Origin: a virus
Taxonomy: Duplodnaviria; Caudoviricetes
IMG/VR virus record: IMGVR_UViG_3300030372_003784
Span: 1-50,898 of that record
Length of the DNA: 50,898 nucleotides
Direction: 5' to 3' (one strand)
The notes beneath the pieces are model-generated. The model did not search any database and was not told where the DNA came from. It saw only the letters and a program-made list of their open reading frames with translations. How positions within the stretch are numbered: the first letter of the stretch is position 1; every line of letters begins with the position of its first letter. The position numbers and the translations under genes are program-made. Shown in pieces: positions 1 through 9,257 of this stretch.

Positions 1-138
1 TTAAAGCTTCGTGAAAAAGGATGGCACACTATCAGTGATGTCAACGACAGTCACACAGTTCCTACTGAAAAAGAAGGACTTTCTGAGTTCCAGGAGACTA
101 TGGAGGTAGAAGAATCCGACGTAGATACTAACGAGTAA
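1..138 (+). CDS. 3' end of a truncated CDS (acidic C-terminus), product unknown
   Basis: Frame 1 is open from base 1 to TAA at 136-138 (LKLREKGWHT...EESDVDTNE*). Confidence 0.6.
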   Translation, partial: LKLREKGWHTISDVNDSHTVPTEKEGLSEFQETMEVEESDVDTNE

Positions 139-158
139 TTGTGCTATATTGCCCCTTT

Positions 159-335
159 ATGAGCAATGAAGAGCTAATTGTAAAGGGGGCTACAGGAATA
201 ACGGGATCTTTGATTGCTGTTACTATTCCTTATGCTGAAGTAATTCAATGGGGCATCCAAGTAGTTGGTGGCCTGTTGGGTATTACAGTAGCTATTATCA
301 CGCTCTATAACCTGTTAAAGAAGAAGAAGAAATGA
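159..335 (+). CDS. small membrane protein, putative holin/antiholin
   Basis: ATG at 159; two hydrophobic stretches and a KKKKK C-terminal tail; first gene of the lysis cassette; ATGA overlap with the next gene. Confidence 0.6.
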   Translation: MSNEELIVKGATGITGSLIAVTIPYAEVIQWGIQVVGGLLGITVAIITLYNLLKKKKK

Positions 336-496
336 ACAAAGAATCAATATTAGGAATTGTAAGACACTTCCTTACGTTTGGTGGTGGTTTTATGACGCAG
401 AATGGGATGGCTTCAAATGACGAAGTTACTACAGGAGTATCTGCTGCTGTAACACTTATAGGCGTTATTTGGTCTATAATGTCTAAAAAGAAGTGA
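332..496 (+). CDS. putative holin (54 aa, not in the ORF track)
   Basis: MNKESILGIVRHFLTFGGGFMTQNGMASNDEVTTGVSAAVTLIGVIWSIMSKKK*. The ILGxVRHxLTxxGG start, C-terminal hydrophobic helix and basic tail are typical of short phage holins. 4-bp overlaps with both neighbours. Confidence 0.75.
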   Translation: MNKESILGIVRHFLTFGGGFMTQNGMASNDEVTTGVSAAVTLIGVIWSIMSKKK

Positions 497-687
497 GGCA
501 TTTTTTGAGGATAATAGTATTAGCGTTAGAGGCTTATGTGAATTATACTAGGTCGAAACAACGGAAATACGTATATGGCCTTGAAGACGAAATTGACCGC
601 CTTGCTGCTGATGGTAGCCCTGCTGCCAAATTGCGCCTTGAACGACTTAGTGGGCGACTCAGCATTGAACGAAAGCGCAATATATGA
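493..687 (+). CDS. putative i-spanin (Rz-like)
   Basis: GTG start in a GTGA overlap; short N-terminal hydrophobic segment then a helical charged region; overlapped by a lipoprotein-like ORF within the lysis cassette. Confidence 0.45.
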   Translation: MRHFLRIIVLALEAYVNYTRSKQRKYVYGLEDEIDRLAADGSPAAKLRLERLSGRLSIERKRNI

Positions 688-844
688 TCCACCTACAGTT
701 ACCCTAATTCAAGGGTACGATTACCCCTTTAAAGAAGGCAATCTCATGGGACGTGGGCAGAAGTTCCACAGTGATTTTTCCTACAGACGTGCTATAATAA
801 TAGGAGATGATAGCAATATGCGTAGGACACAGCCGTCAAAATGA
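575..844 (+). CDS. putative lipoprotein, o-spanin (Rz1-like)
   Basis: Signal peptide MALKTKLTALLLMVALLPN-C with Cys20; starts inside 493-687 in another frame; directly precedes the endolysin. Confidence 0.5.
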   Translation: MALKTKLTALLLMVALLPNCALNDLVGDSALNESAIYDPPTVTLIQGYDYPFKEGNLMGRGQKFHSDFSYRRAIIIGDDSNMRRTQPSK

Positions 845-1364
845 CTCAGGAGCCTCTTCTGTAGATGGGACAACTGAATATGATTATAATTGTGATCTAG
901 CTAACCTAATATCTTCTAATTGTAATCAAGAGGTAAGAGTATATAACGCATATCAAGGTAAAGGTTACACAGGGGCTATGCGGTGGTTAGCTAAAAAACT
1001 GCGTAAGGATAAAGCTGAATTTGCTGTTGAGTTGCATTTTAATGCTGCTAGTCCAAAAGCTACAGGACATGAGTGGTTGTATTGGCATACAAGCTCTAAG
1101 GGAAGGCTGTTAGCTAGGTCTCTACGGGACTCTATGGAAGACACTTTTCCTTTGTTTACTAGTCGTGGTATTAAATTTAGACGGAAAGGACATAGAGGTG
1201 CTGGTTTTTTAAGGTTAACACACTGTCCAGCCGTTATCGCAGAACCTTTTTTTGGATCTTGTAAAGACCCTGATTGGGACTTAGCTGTCAATCATAAAGA
1301 AGGAATAGCTAAGTCAATTGCAGGTGGAATTTCATTATATAAAGATTTGGTATCTAAGTGGTAA
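807..1364 (+). CDS. endolysin, N-acetylmuramoyl-L-alanine amidase (Amidase_3)
   Basis: IAICVGH, E(YDYN), VELHFNA and PAVIAEPFF zinc-amidase motifs. Confidence 0.92.
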   Translation: MIAICVGHSRQNDSGASSVDGTTEYDYNCDLANLISSNCNQEVRVYNAYQGKGYTGAMRWLAKKLRKDKAEFAVELHFNAASPKATGHEWLYWHTSSKGRLLARSLRDSMEDTFPLFTSRGIKFRRKGHRGAGFLRLTHCPAVIAEPFFGSCKDPDWDLAVNHKEGIAKSIAGGISLYKDLVSKW

Positions 1365-1370
1365 AAAGAA

Positions 1371-1673
1371 ATGACAATTCCAAAAGTAATCACTATAGGT
1401 GGTCAAAAAGTCAAAGTTAAGTTTGAGCCTTTTAAAGATTACGGTGGATACACATTTGGACAATACTTTCACGATGATAAGTTAATTCAATTAAATACAG
1501 ATTTAACTGATGAAGATATTATAGAGACTTTAAGGCACGAAATGATGGAGGCATCTTTGTTAATTTCAGGTGTTGGTTTTTCTGAAAGGTATGAACAAGA
1601 AGCTGTTGTTCGATGTATGGAAGAAATATTTTTCCCTGCCTGGGAGAGTGCTTTTAAAAAAATTAAAATTTAA
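1371..1673 (+). CDS. hypothetical protein, metallopeptidase-like fold
   Basis: GQY...IQL...TLRHEMMEA resembles the short HExxH-type phage proteins, but the second His is Glu. Confidence 0.55.
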   Translation: MTIPKVITIGGQKVKVKFEPFKDYGGYTFGQYFHDDKLIQLNTDLTDEDIIETLRHEMMEASLLISGVGFSERYEQEAVVRCMEEIFFPAWESAFKKIKI

Positions 1674-2204
1674 ATGGGCAACAAAAAAAGGTTTAGTGTT
1701 TCTGACGACATCGTTGTATATACTCCAACTAGTGATGATGTTGGCCTAGCTCACAAGAGGTCTTGTGAAATGGGTATACTACCAGGTTCTTACATGAGAG
1801 GCATGGGTAGGATGACAGGTTGTTTAGGTGAAATAGCTGTTAAAACTTTTTTACCTAGAAGCCGTTTTGTAGGGAATAAAATTTACGACTATGATATAAC
1901 TTATAAAAAACAAAAAATAGAAGTTAAATCTAAAAGTTGTGGTGGCATACCAAAACCTGAATACAATGCTTTTGTAAATTGCAAAGAAAATTTTGAATTT
2001 AAAAATGATTTTTTCTTTTTTACAAGAGTTAAACGTGATTTTTCTTTTGTATATATTGTAGGGTGGATACCTACTAAAACTTTTTTAAAAGAATCTTCCT
2101 TTGTAAAAAGGGGAGAGTCAGATGATTCTGGTTTTGTTTATAAATCTTCAGGCCGTTGTATAAATATTTCAGATTTAAACTTTGCAAAAGATTTTATACA
2201 TTAG
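1674..2204 (+). CDS. PD-(D/E)xK restriction-endonuclease-like protein
   Basis: GCLGEIAV...YDYDI...IEVKSK catalytic pattern. Confidence 0.65.
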   Translation: MGNKKRFSVSDDIVVYTPTSDDVGLAHKRSCEMGILPGSYMRGMGRMTGCLGEIAVKTFLPRSRFVGNKIYDYDITYKKQKIEVKSKSCGGIPKPEYNAFVNCKENFEFKNDFFFFTRVKRDFSFVYIVGWIPTKTFLKESSFVKRGESDDSGFVYKSSGRCINISDLNFAKDFIH

Positions 2205-2472
2205 TGTGTATAAATAAAGGGCTGGACTCCCCTAAATTTACAGCTTCATAATTACTTTTTTCTTCTAAATCATAAACCATTTCCATACACTCTTTACGTT
2301 TATGCTTTGACATAAAATGTTGTTCACATAGTTCTATACTATAAACAGCTCTCATTTCATTAACATCTATGCCTATAAAAGCCCTTCCCATATCTTTTAT
2401 AAGATAAATTGTACTTACTTCATTAGATTCTACTAAGTCTTCAACAAATTCTTCTACTTCTTCATCACTCAT
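2194..2472 (-). CDS. hypothetical phage protein (distant paralog of 11326-11598)
   Basis: AFIG...AVYS...C...GE.SPLF pattern. Confidence 0.65.
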   Translation of the reverse strand: MSDEEVEEFVEDLVESNEVSTIYLIKDMGRAFIGIDVNEMRAVYSIELCEQHFMSKHKRKECMEMVYDLEEKSNYEAVNLGESSPLFIHTNV

Positions 2473-2473
2473 T

Positions 2474-4636
2474 TTAATTATCTTTAACGGTTACTGGTTC
2501 TTTATCTATATCGTATTTTTGATCAAGGTCAATCTCCCATATTTTACCTCCCCCAAACCCAATTGATTTAATCGGCCTAGCACTTTTGTTATGTGCACTT
2601 GTCTCTTCTAATGTTAAAAAACCTCTCCGAACAAATTCCATACTACCAGAGACACCTATGTTTCTACCTCCATTAAATTCAAGAATACTTCCTTGAAATT
2701 CTGTTAAAGTCCCTCTCCATATTGGGTTAGTAAAATACTCTCTTGCTCTTTTAACAAAAAACTCAACAAGTTCAGCCACTGTTGATCTACTAGAGTTGTC
2801 ATAGGCAGCTGACTCAATTGTTTTATCAATATAACTAGCCACCCCAAACCTTGAAGCTCCTTGGATCTCTTTAGGTATTTCCCAATCAATAAGCCACTTA
2901 GCAAAAAAAGGTAACTCATTTCTTATTATTTCCTCTATTTCAGAATTAGGGGGAAATTTGCTTGTAGCTTTTGGACTTATCCTAAGTGCCATTAGCTTAT
3001 CTTTATTGCTAGAATCTAAAGCAGGTATAACTGATAAGCTGTTCGCATCCATATTCAAAGACATTATAACTCTACCCGTCCAAGGAACCGAAACAGCGTC
3101 TACATATTTAGCGTGGTATTCTATCCTTGGATTAGCAACACTCCTTTTTATCAATTCAGTAGCTCTTCTTTGATCTTGAAAAGAAGCCGCTGATGTTGTG
3201 TCATCTATAACCCAAGCAGCCACTCTAGCTAGATCTTTATTGAAATTTGTCTGACCACTTAAATAATCAGAAGCATCTGCAAAGCCACCCACTAATGCGC
3301 TTATGACTCTATTAGAAAGTAAACTTTTACCTTTATTGGTTTTACCAACTAATAGTAATGCCTGCCCTTGAACAAATTCTTTTTGTAGCACAGCCATATA
3401 AAACCTTTTAAGCCATGCATAAAAATAAAACTTTGTTTCAGTAGCACCATTAGCAAATAGCTGACTTAACCATTTATCTAAGAATGGCCAATTATTAGGG
3501 TCACCATGTTCAGCAGGTTGTATTGGTGAAATATTTGCGTTATTTAAAATCCTGTGACTATTATATTCAACAACTCTTTCATCACTAAAAACAACAGGAG
3601 CTACCTCATCAATCCTATTCTGTTTAGCTATTGTCAAAACCGCTGCTTCCATTTCAGATAATGGTTGACCTCTTCTTGGTCTAGGTGAAAAACCCGCCTG
3701 CCTTAACTCTAGACAAAGCTGATCTTTAGGAATTTGCTGAGTAGATCCATGATTTAAAGTGTAGTAATTTTTACCATTAAACCAGTAAAGGTCTAAGAGC
3801 TGACCCATTTTTCTAGTTTCATACTCCTCAACAAACTTAGCTCCAAATATATCCCTCCATGTAACAATCCCTTTACCTGCTCTATCACTATAACAGACAA
3901 CTCCGTCATCAATTATTTCACAACCATCTCTTTCAATCCCATCATCAATCCAAAACAAAGGACCACGAGCACCGACAACGAAGTCACCACTCCACCTACC
4001 AGGAAACTTTTCATTAACAGCTTCTGCAACTACGTTTATTGGTATTGAGCTTCCTGATGCTTGTGGGGCTTTTTTATTTACTGCTTTTAAAAGACAAGTT
4101 GTATAAACCTCCTTTTTAATAGGCTCCCCAACTTTTTTCCATTCAGACCCAAGTTCAAAGTATTGGTTTGGTCTGTAAGAAGCAACATCAAAACCTGCAA
4201 AAACACGATCCACATCAATGTGCTGTCCTAATTTTTTTATAAAAGAATCATAAAGCTCCGCATCAATAGGTAGTACCCCCTCAAATTCCCAAACTAGTCT
4301 TATATACCCTGATTGAGTTTTAGATCTCCATGTTGGGCAAAGATCTTTACATTGTGCTTTTATAAGTTTATCAACAATGTCCCAGTCTACGGGAGCATCA
4401 TAGTCAGCAACAATACCCATAACTTTATTTACAGGATTTTCTGAAGAAATCCTTACATTAGGATTATCCCCCTCACACATAGAATAAAAAACATGAGTGG
4501 TCTTAGAGTCACCACACCACTCTCTAAACTCTGCTTTAGTTTTAAATTTTGGTTTGTCTGCACCAACAATACTAAATATTTCATCTGTGCCTTTTGCTTC
4601 TTTGCTTTTGTGATTCTCAATATATCTATATTTCAT
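2474..4636 (-). CDS. primase-helicase (N-terminal primase-like domain plus SF3/DUF5906-type helicase)
   Basis: Walker A GKTNKGKS, Walker B WVIDD, motif C MSLN; N-terminal ADYD and SGYIRLVW primase-like motifs. Start set at ATG 4636 (ATGA overlap with the polymerase stop). Confidence 0.8.
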   Translation of the reverse strand: MKYRYIENHKSKEAKGTDEIFSIVGADKPKFKTKAEFREWCGDSKTTHVFYSMCEGDNPNVRISSENPVNKVMGIVADYDAPVDWDIVDKLIKAQCKDLCPTWRSKTQSGYIRLVWEFEGVLPIDAELYDSFIKKLGQHIDVDRVFAGFDVASYRPNQYFELGSEWKKVGEPIKKEVYTTCLLKAVNKKAPQASGSSIPINVVAEAVNEKFPGRWSGDFVVGARGPLFWIDDGIERDGCEIIDDGVVCYSDRAGKGIVTWRDIFGAKFVEEYETRKMGQLLDLYWFNGKNYYTLNHGSTQQIPKDQLCLELRQAGFSPRPRRGQPLSEMEAAVLTIAKQNRIDEVAPVVFSDERVVEYNSHRILNNANISPIQPAEHGDPNNWPFLDKWLSQLFANGATETKFYFYAWLKRFYMAVLQKEFVQGQALLLVGKTNKGKSLLSNRVISALVGGFADASDYLSGQTNFNKDLARVAAWVIDDTTSAASFQDQRRATELIKRSVANPRIEYHAKYVDAVSVPWTGRVIMSLNMDANSLSVIPALDSSNKDKLMALRISPKATSKFPPNSEIEEIIRNELPFFAKWLIDWEIPKEIQGASRFGVASYIDKTIESAAYDNSSRSTVAELVEFFVKRAREYFTNPIWRGTLTEFQGSILEFNGGRNIGVSGSMEFVRRGFLTLEETSAHNKSARPIKSIGFGGGKIWEIDLDQKYDIDKEPVTVKDN

Positions 4637-6393
4637 TTTTCGTATTTCTTTAATATTTTGCCTTCTGCGTCTAGAGGTAAGTCTGATATCCAACTAGGTG
4701 CTTGTTTCATAATGTTTAAAACATCATCTAGTGTTTGCTTTGATTTATCTTTAGTTGCTTCGACGATAACTTCATCGTGTACATGGAATATTGTTTCCAT
4801 GTTGTTGTTTTCTATTCTAAGGAGAATGTCAGAAAAAACTTCTCTAGCTAAAGCTTGCGAATAGTTCTCAGCTAGGAGACCTCCCCAAAGACGTACGGGG
4901 ACTTTTTTAGATCCTTTATAAATTGTAGCTATAAAAGTCCTCCTACCATTTTGAAGAACTGTTTTTATTTTACCATAATTAATGTACCTACCTGATGGTA
5001 ATTCTAATTTAAATTCTCTATTAGTTGAGTATGCAACATGCATTTTACGTTGGAGTCTGTTCCAAAGCCCACAAACTTTATTCATTTTTAACCTATACAA
5101 ACCAACTGCTTTAGTAGCTTCCTCTACAGACATGTTAGATATGATTGCAAATTTATTTGCTGATGCCCCATAACCACAACCTAAAACCATCTGCTTTACC
5201 ATGTGCCTAAGTTTAGGATTGTTATCTTTTAAAGGCCCTTGATCTTTACGCCACTTACCAAACCTTATTGCAAAAGCTTCGTATATATCATCACTGTTTT
5301 TTATCTCCTCTAAACTTTCCCAATCATTAGCTAACCAGCAAAGTGTCCTGACTTCAATTTGAGACAAATCAGCTACAATAAGTTTACTACCTTCTGAGGG
5401 TGCTATTAAACTTCTAAGATTCACACCAAATATTTCACCTCTTGGTAAGTTCTGTAAGTTTAAATTACCCCCACTTCCACTAAACCTACCTGTGTGAGCC
5501 CCCATATACATTAAACCACCATAGTACCTACAGTCTGGCATTGTGGCATAATCAAAAGAATCTAGTTTTCTTTTAAGTGCATTAATTCTCCTGTAGTCTC
5601 TAACAGAAGCTACCCAAGGATACTCTTCGGTATTTTTATCAATCCAAATATTAGCCTCATCGCTTGATAAGGCTAAACTTGCAGGTGGTTTTATATTATT
5701 TTTCCTACACTCTTCATTAAAAGCTTTTCTTGATAAGATGGGACTTTCTTGTATCCAAGGTATTTTATTTTCAGTTTCAAAACGAAGCTCTGCTATACTT
5801 TCTTTTTGTTTTTTTAGCAGTTGTGTATCAATTGGAATCCCCCGTTGAACTATATTCCTATTAACTCTAGATATATCCCTTTCAAACTGAGGCCATTTAC
5901 TCTCTAGTTTTTTCCATATATCTAGACATAGTTGTGAATCTTTAAGAGCATAATCTAAAACATCTTTCCTAAAAGATTCATCCATGCTTTCCCACCGCTT
6001 ACCTAACATTAAGTTTCTAGTTTCTTTACTAATTTCAAGGTCAAACAAAACTTGCGATGCTCCTTTCAAAGAGCGTGGCAAATCGCAGAAGGCGCATAAG
6101 TCTGCTGTACAATGCCATTCTGCATAGTTTGTGCTATCCCACAAACCCTCTTTAACCCCATATAAATAAAGAGTTTCATCGAATGATGCGTTGTGGGATA
6201 GCACTCTGTTACCCCCTAACAGAAACCAGTCAAAATCTTTTGGGTGACCAACAAACTCTGTACCATCATCACCTACGACAGAAACCATGTAAGCATCAAA
6301 GCTTGGGTGTGAGAAATAACCTAAAGGCCCAAGTGTTTTAATCGAGCATTCTTTATCATAATATGTTTCAAAATCTAATGCGTAGGTATTCAT
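4633..6393 (-). CDS. polA: phage DNA polymerase, family A (3'-5' exonuclease plus polymerase)
   Basis: Exonuclease LDFET, HNASFD, YALKD; TGRFS, NLQNLPR; motif A DLSQIEVR; motif B RxxxKxxxLGxxYG; motif C VHDE. Confidence 0.95.
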   Translation of the reverse strand: MNTYALDFETYYDKECSIKTLGPLGYFSHPSFDAYMVSVVGDDGTEFVGHPKDFDWFLLGGNRVLSHNASFDETLYLYGVKEGLWDSTNYAEWHCTADLCAFCDLPRSLKGASQVLFDLEISKETRNLMLGKRWESMDESFRKDVLDYALKDSQLCLDIWKKLESKWPQFERDISRVNRNIVQRGIPIDTQLLKKQKESIAELRFETENKIPWIQESPILSRKAFNEECRKNNIKPPASLALSSDEANIWIDKNTEEYPWVASVRDYRRINALKRKLDSFDYATMPDCRYYGGLMYMGAHTGRFSGSGGNLNLQNLPRGEIFGVNLRSLIAPSEGSKLIVADLSQIEVRTLCWLANDWESLEEIKNSDDIYEAFAIRFGKWRKDQGPLKDNNPKLRHMVKQMVLGCGYGASANKFAIISNMSVEEATKAVGLYRLKMNKVCGLWNRLQRKMHVAYSTNREFKLELPSGRYINYGKIKTVLQNGRRTFIATIYKGSKKVPVRLWGGLLAENYSQALAREVFSDILLRIENNNMETIFHVHDEVIVEATKDKSKQTLDDVLNIMKQAPSWISDLPLDAEGKILKKYEK

Positions 6394-6408
6394 ATCTTTG
6401 GGGTTGCC

Positions 6409-6496
6409 CCAACAACTTTAAGAGAAAGCAAAAAAACTTAAAGTTGTTGGAGCCTAAGAAGGCACCGAAGGGGAAAACGAAAAAGCCCTTGATGCC
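6409..6496 (-). promoter_or_regulatory. tandem hairpins in the polymerase leader
   Basis: Perfect 14-bp inverted repeat (6409-6422 / 6437-6450) and an 11-bp G-U-containing stem (6461-6496), both with U-rich loops on the minus strand. Confidence 0.6.
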
Positions 6497-6502
6497 AGAT
6501 TG

Positions 6503-6766
6503 TTATTCAGTTTCTTTCCCTGAATCAACAGTCTCCTGCGATTCATCTTTTTCCTCTTCTATATCTAACTCTTGCTGTTCTGGTTGTTTTTTCATTTCAT
6601 GAACAGAAGCTGCGATATGTTCGTAGACAATTTTCATGTCTTCTTTCTTAGTAGAAGTTTCATCTATGATTTGAGAATATGTAGAAATAAGATTTTCTAT
6701 CTCATCAAGTTGATGATCTAACACTTCTATAATTTTATCTCGTGTATAATAAGTTGTGTCTTCCAT
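6503..6766 (-). CDS. hypothetical acidic coiled-coil protein
   Basis: 87-aa ORF with TAATG overlap, in the replication operon. Confidence 0.7.
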   Translation of the reverse strand: MEDTTYYTRDKIIEVLDHQLDEIENLISTYSQIIDETSTKKEDMKIVYEHIAASVHEMKKQPEQQELDIEEEKDESQETVDSGKETE

Positions 6767-7509
6767 TATACTTCGTTGTACCAGTTTGATTCTTTATACC
6801 AGTCATCAAGCCACTCCATAGCTTCAGCAGAAGCATTTGTTTGGCCATCCTTAACCCTTGCACTGAGTGATGGGTAAAAATAACTTCCCCCAGATGTAAG
6901 TTTGAAAGTCCACAGCTTAGAAGCTATGTCATTTCCTACTCTTCTACCACGAGTTTGCTTATATACAGGGTGCCACATTCCTTTGTACCCAAAGTTTTGT
7001 GTTCTTAGTATTCCACCAGCCCATTTATTATCATCCATATCATATTCAAATGCCTCTTCATCACAGGTATTACCCTCTTGATATGGGAAAAATAAATCAA
7101 ACTCGCAACATTCGATAATTTTTCTAGGTTTGTCAGATGGTTCCTTCTCTTCTCTGTTCCACCTCTCGACATCTGCAATAAGAACTTTAGCTTCTTCTTC
7201 TGTCCAAACAGTCCTACCTGGACCATGCTTATCCCAATCCGTTTGTTCAGCCCAACCTTTTTTATGTGCTCCAACTAGAACGGCTGTTTCTTCTTTAGCT
7301 GTAGTAATTACAAACTCTTTTTTTACAAAAAGGTTTCCAATATCGCTCGGCTCCGCAAACTGTGAAGTCGGCTGTCTTATGTTTAATCTATCTAATTGTA
7401 GATCATTACTAGGTTTAAAAACAACATCAAGGTTTGCTACTGGTTCAACAATTGCATTTTGTGTCGATTCTATTATTTCTGTTTTTATTTTTTTTGTTTT
7501 AGTACTCAT
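6766..7509 (-). CDS. putative single-stranded DNA-binding protein
   Basis: Positional only: lies between the DUF2800-type exonuclease and the family A polymerase, where such modules usually carry an SSB. Confidence 0.4.
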   Translation of the reverse strand: MSTKTKKIKTEIIESTQNAIVEPVANLDVVFKPSNDLQLDRLNIRQPTSQFAEPSDIGNLFVKKEFVITTAKEETAVLVGAHKKGWAEQTDWDKHGPGRTVWTEEEAKVLIADVERWNREEKEPSDKPRKIIECCEFDLFFPYQEGNTCDEEAFEYDMDDNKWAGGILRTQNFGYKGMWHPVYKQTRGRRVGNDIASKLWTFKLTSGGSYFYPSLSARVKDGQTNASAEAMEWLDDWYKESNWYNEV

Positions 7510-7519
7510 TTATTTTATT

Positions 7520-8641
7520 TTATTTTAATGTGTATCTTGTTTCAGATACATCTATTATGGAAGCTTCAGTTAAAGCATCCATAAAATCTCTAGATCTCTG
7601 ACCTTTCTCCCCATCAGGGGCTAGTCTACCTACCTCATCAGATATTTTTTTCAAGGGAAAGTTAGCGAATCTGATTACATCTTCTTCATCTAAGTTAAAT
7701 TCTTTAGCTAGCTCAACTAGTTTTTGATTGTCTATACACTTACGGCTAGCTCCCATGCTTTTTAGTTTCAATGTAGGAAACTCCATTCCCTTTTTTGCTT
7801 CGTCTACGGCAACTGATTTAATTCTGCTAGCCCAGTTTGTAACTATTTTAGCTATACTCCAGAGTTGTTCTAAAGTTTGTGGATCTTTAGGATCAATTAT
7901 ATCTGTTTTAGGGATAGCACTTTCACTAACACGATGTGCAATTTCCAAAGCAACATTTCCTAAAGCAGGGCATTTTTCCTCGTGTTTGCAGAACCTACAA
8001 TTAATGTTTGGGTTTAATCTATCTATATCAGGAACGTCATCTTCCCATTGAGGTCTTATAAGTTCTCCTGATTTTATAACATATGACAAATCTTTAACTA
8101 CTTTTGATAACCCTTCCCTTGTGAATGTTCCAGATAAAACCTCATTTCTAGCAGGTATGTAGAATACAAAAATGATTTCATTTAACTTTTGAAACTTTTG
8201 AAAGGCTCCTGTGCTGTACGCTTTTGCTTGCCAGTTTTCTGTGGGTTCATCAATAATACTAATACCTGTTTTATAGTCACCCATAACGGCTTTGTCGTCA
8301 TCATACAAAGTTATCCTGTCACAAGTCCCCCACGTTTGAGTACCATTTAATTGAACGTCTACCTGTATCTCATTGTGATCAATACGCTCTACATCACCTA
8401 TAACTTCATCTAAAAAATTATCTTCCTGTTCGACAGTTTTTTCATAGAGCATGACCTCCTCTTCATTATGCAACGCAGAGGGGTCACGAATTTCTAAAGC
8501 TTCGTGGATGCGTGTTCCCTTTTCTGCTGCTGCGTTTGTTCCACTACGTCCTGTGTAACCTGAGCAGGCTGCAACGTATTTAAGGCTAGATGGTGAGAAT
8601 TCTGCGTGTCCTCTGCTACTATGATCTGGTTGATTATTCAT
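7520..8641 (-). CDS. DUF2800/Cas4-like PD-(D/E)xK exonuclease
   Basis: HAEFSPSS..C, GTRIHEALE, WGTCD, DYKTG and the CRFC.....CP Fe-S cysteines; start set at ATG 8641. Confidence 0.85.
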   Translation of the reverse strand: MNNQPDHSSRGHAEFSPSSLKYVAACSGYTGRSGTNAAAEKGTRIHEALEIRDPSALHNEEEVMLYEKTVEQEDNFLDEVIGDVERIDHNEIQVDVQLNGTQTWGTCDRITLYDDDKAVMGDYKTGISIIDEPTENWQAKAYSTGAFQKFQKLNEIIFVFYIPARNEVLSGTFTREGLSKVVKDLSYVIKSGELIRPQWEDDVPDIDRLNPNINCRFCKHEEKCPALGNVALEIAHRVSESAIPKTDIIDPKDPQTLEQLWSIAKIVTNWASRIKSVAVDEAKKGMEFPTLKLKSMGASRKCIDNQKLVELAKEFNLDEEDVIRFANFPLKKISDEVGRLAPDGEKGQRSRDFMDALTEASIIDVSETRYTLK

Positions 8642-9257
8642 TATAATATCTAGTAGTAAACCACTGATTATATGTTTGAGGTTCCGCAGCTGCATCCCAC
8701 TCCCGTTGTTTTTTAATTTTTTTAAAATTTTTTATATACTTAATATCATCATCACTTAAATCAAACCATTCACCCCGCCCTCGTTTAGCGCGAAAATGTG
8801 AATGTAACTCTTTTTCATCTTCATTAAATCCCTCAAATGAAAATAAACATTCAATTTTTGGTGTTCTCGCTCCAAGTGTTTTTTCTCTTTGAATGATATG
8901 TTTCGATCTCCCTATTTTGTGCATACCACATGCGTGGTCTACCATAAGGTATATGTTTGTTTCTTTACCACGTTTTGTTTTAGACAAGCGCACTACAATA
9001 GGTTCTTTTTTAAATTCTATTAAATAATTTATATATGATATATGATTGTCTAATTCTTCCCTTCTATAATATTCTTCTGTACCCCACTCATTAAAAGTAA
9101 AAAAACCTTTAGCTTTGGCAATTTTCTCACGATCTATCTCCTCTTTGTAGTCGGGTAGTTCAAAAATTTCTTTTAGTTCATTAATGCTCATAGCATGCCA
9201 TTTTTCTTTTTCAGGGTCAGCATGCTTAATATTTGTATGTTCTGGTTGATTATCCAT
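8634..9257 (-). CDS. T5orf172/MUG113 (GIY-YIG superfamily) nuclease, possible homing endonuclease
   Basis: IYLM......KIGRS....R...L...EKELH..F.....RGEWF motif set. Confidence 0.8.
   Translation of the reverse strand: MDNQPEHTNIKHADPEKEKWHAMSINELKEIFELPDYKEEIDREKIAKAKGFFTFNEWGTEEYYRREELDNHISYINYLIEFKKEPIVVRLSKTKRGKETNIYLMVDHACGMHKIGRSKHIIQREKTLGARTPKIECLFSFEGFNEDEKELHSHFRAKRGRGEWFDLSDDDIKYIKNFKKIKKQREWDAAAEPQTYNQWFTTRYYNE

Noticed and set aside
1674-2204. Restriction-modification pair with the C5 methyltransferase
   Set aside because: The genes are 27 kb apart in different transcription units with nothing linking them.
7520-8641. Cas4 as evidence of a CRISPR system
   Set aside because: The context (helicase, putative SSB, polymerase) is the usual phage replication module for DUF2800-type nucleases.
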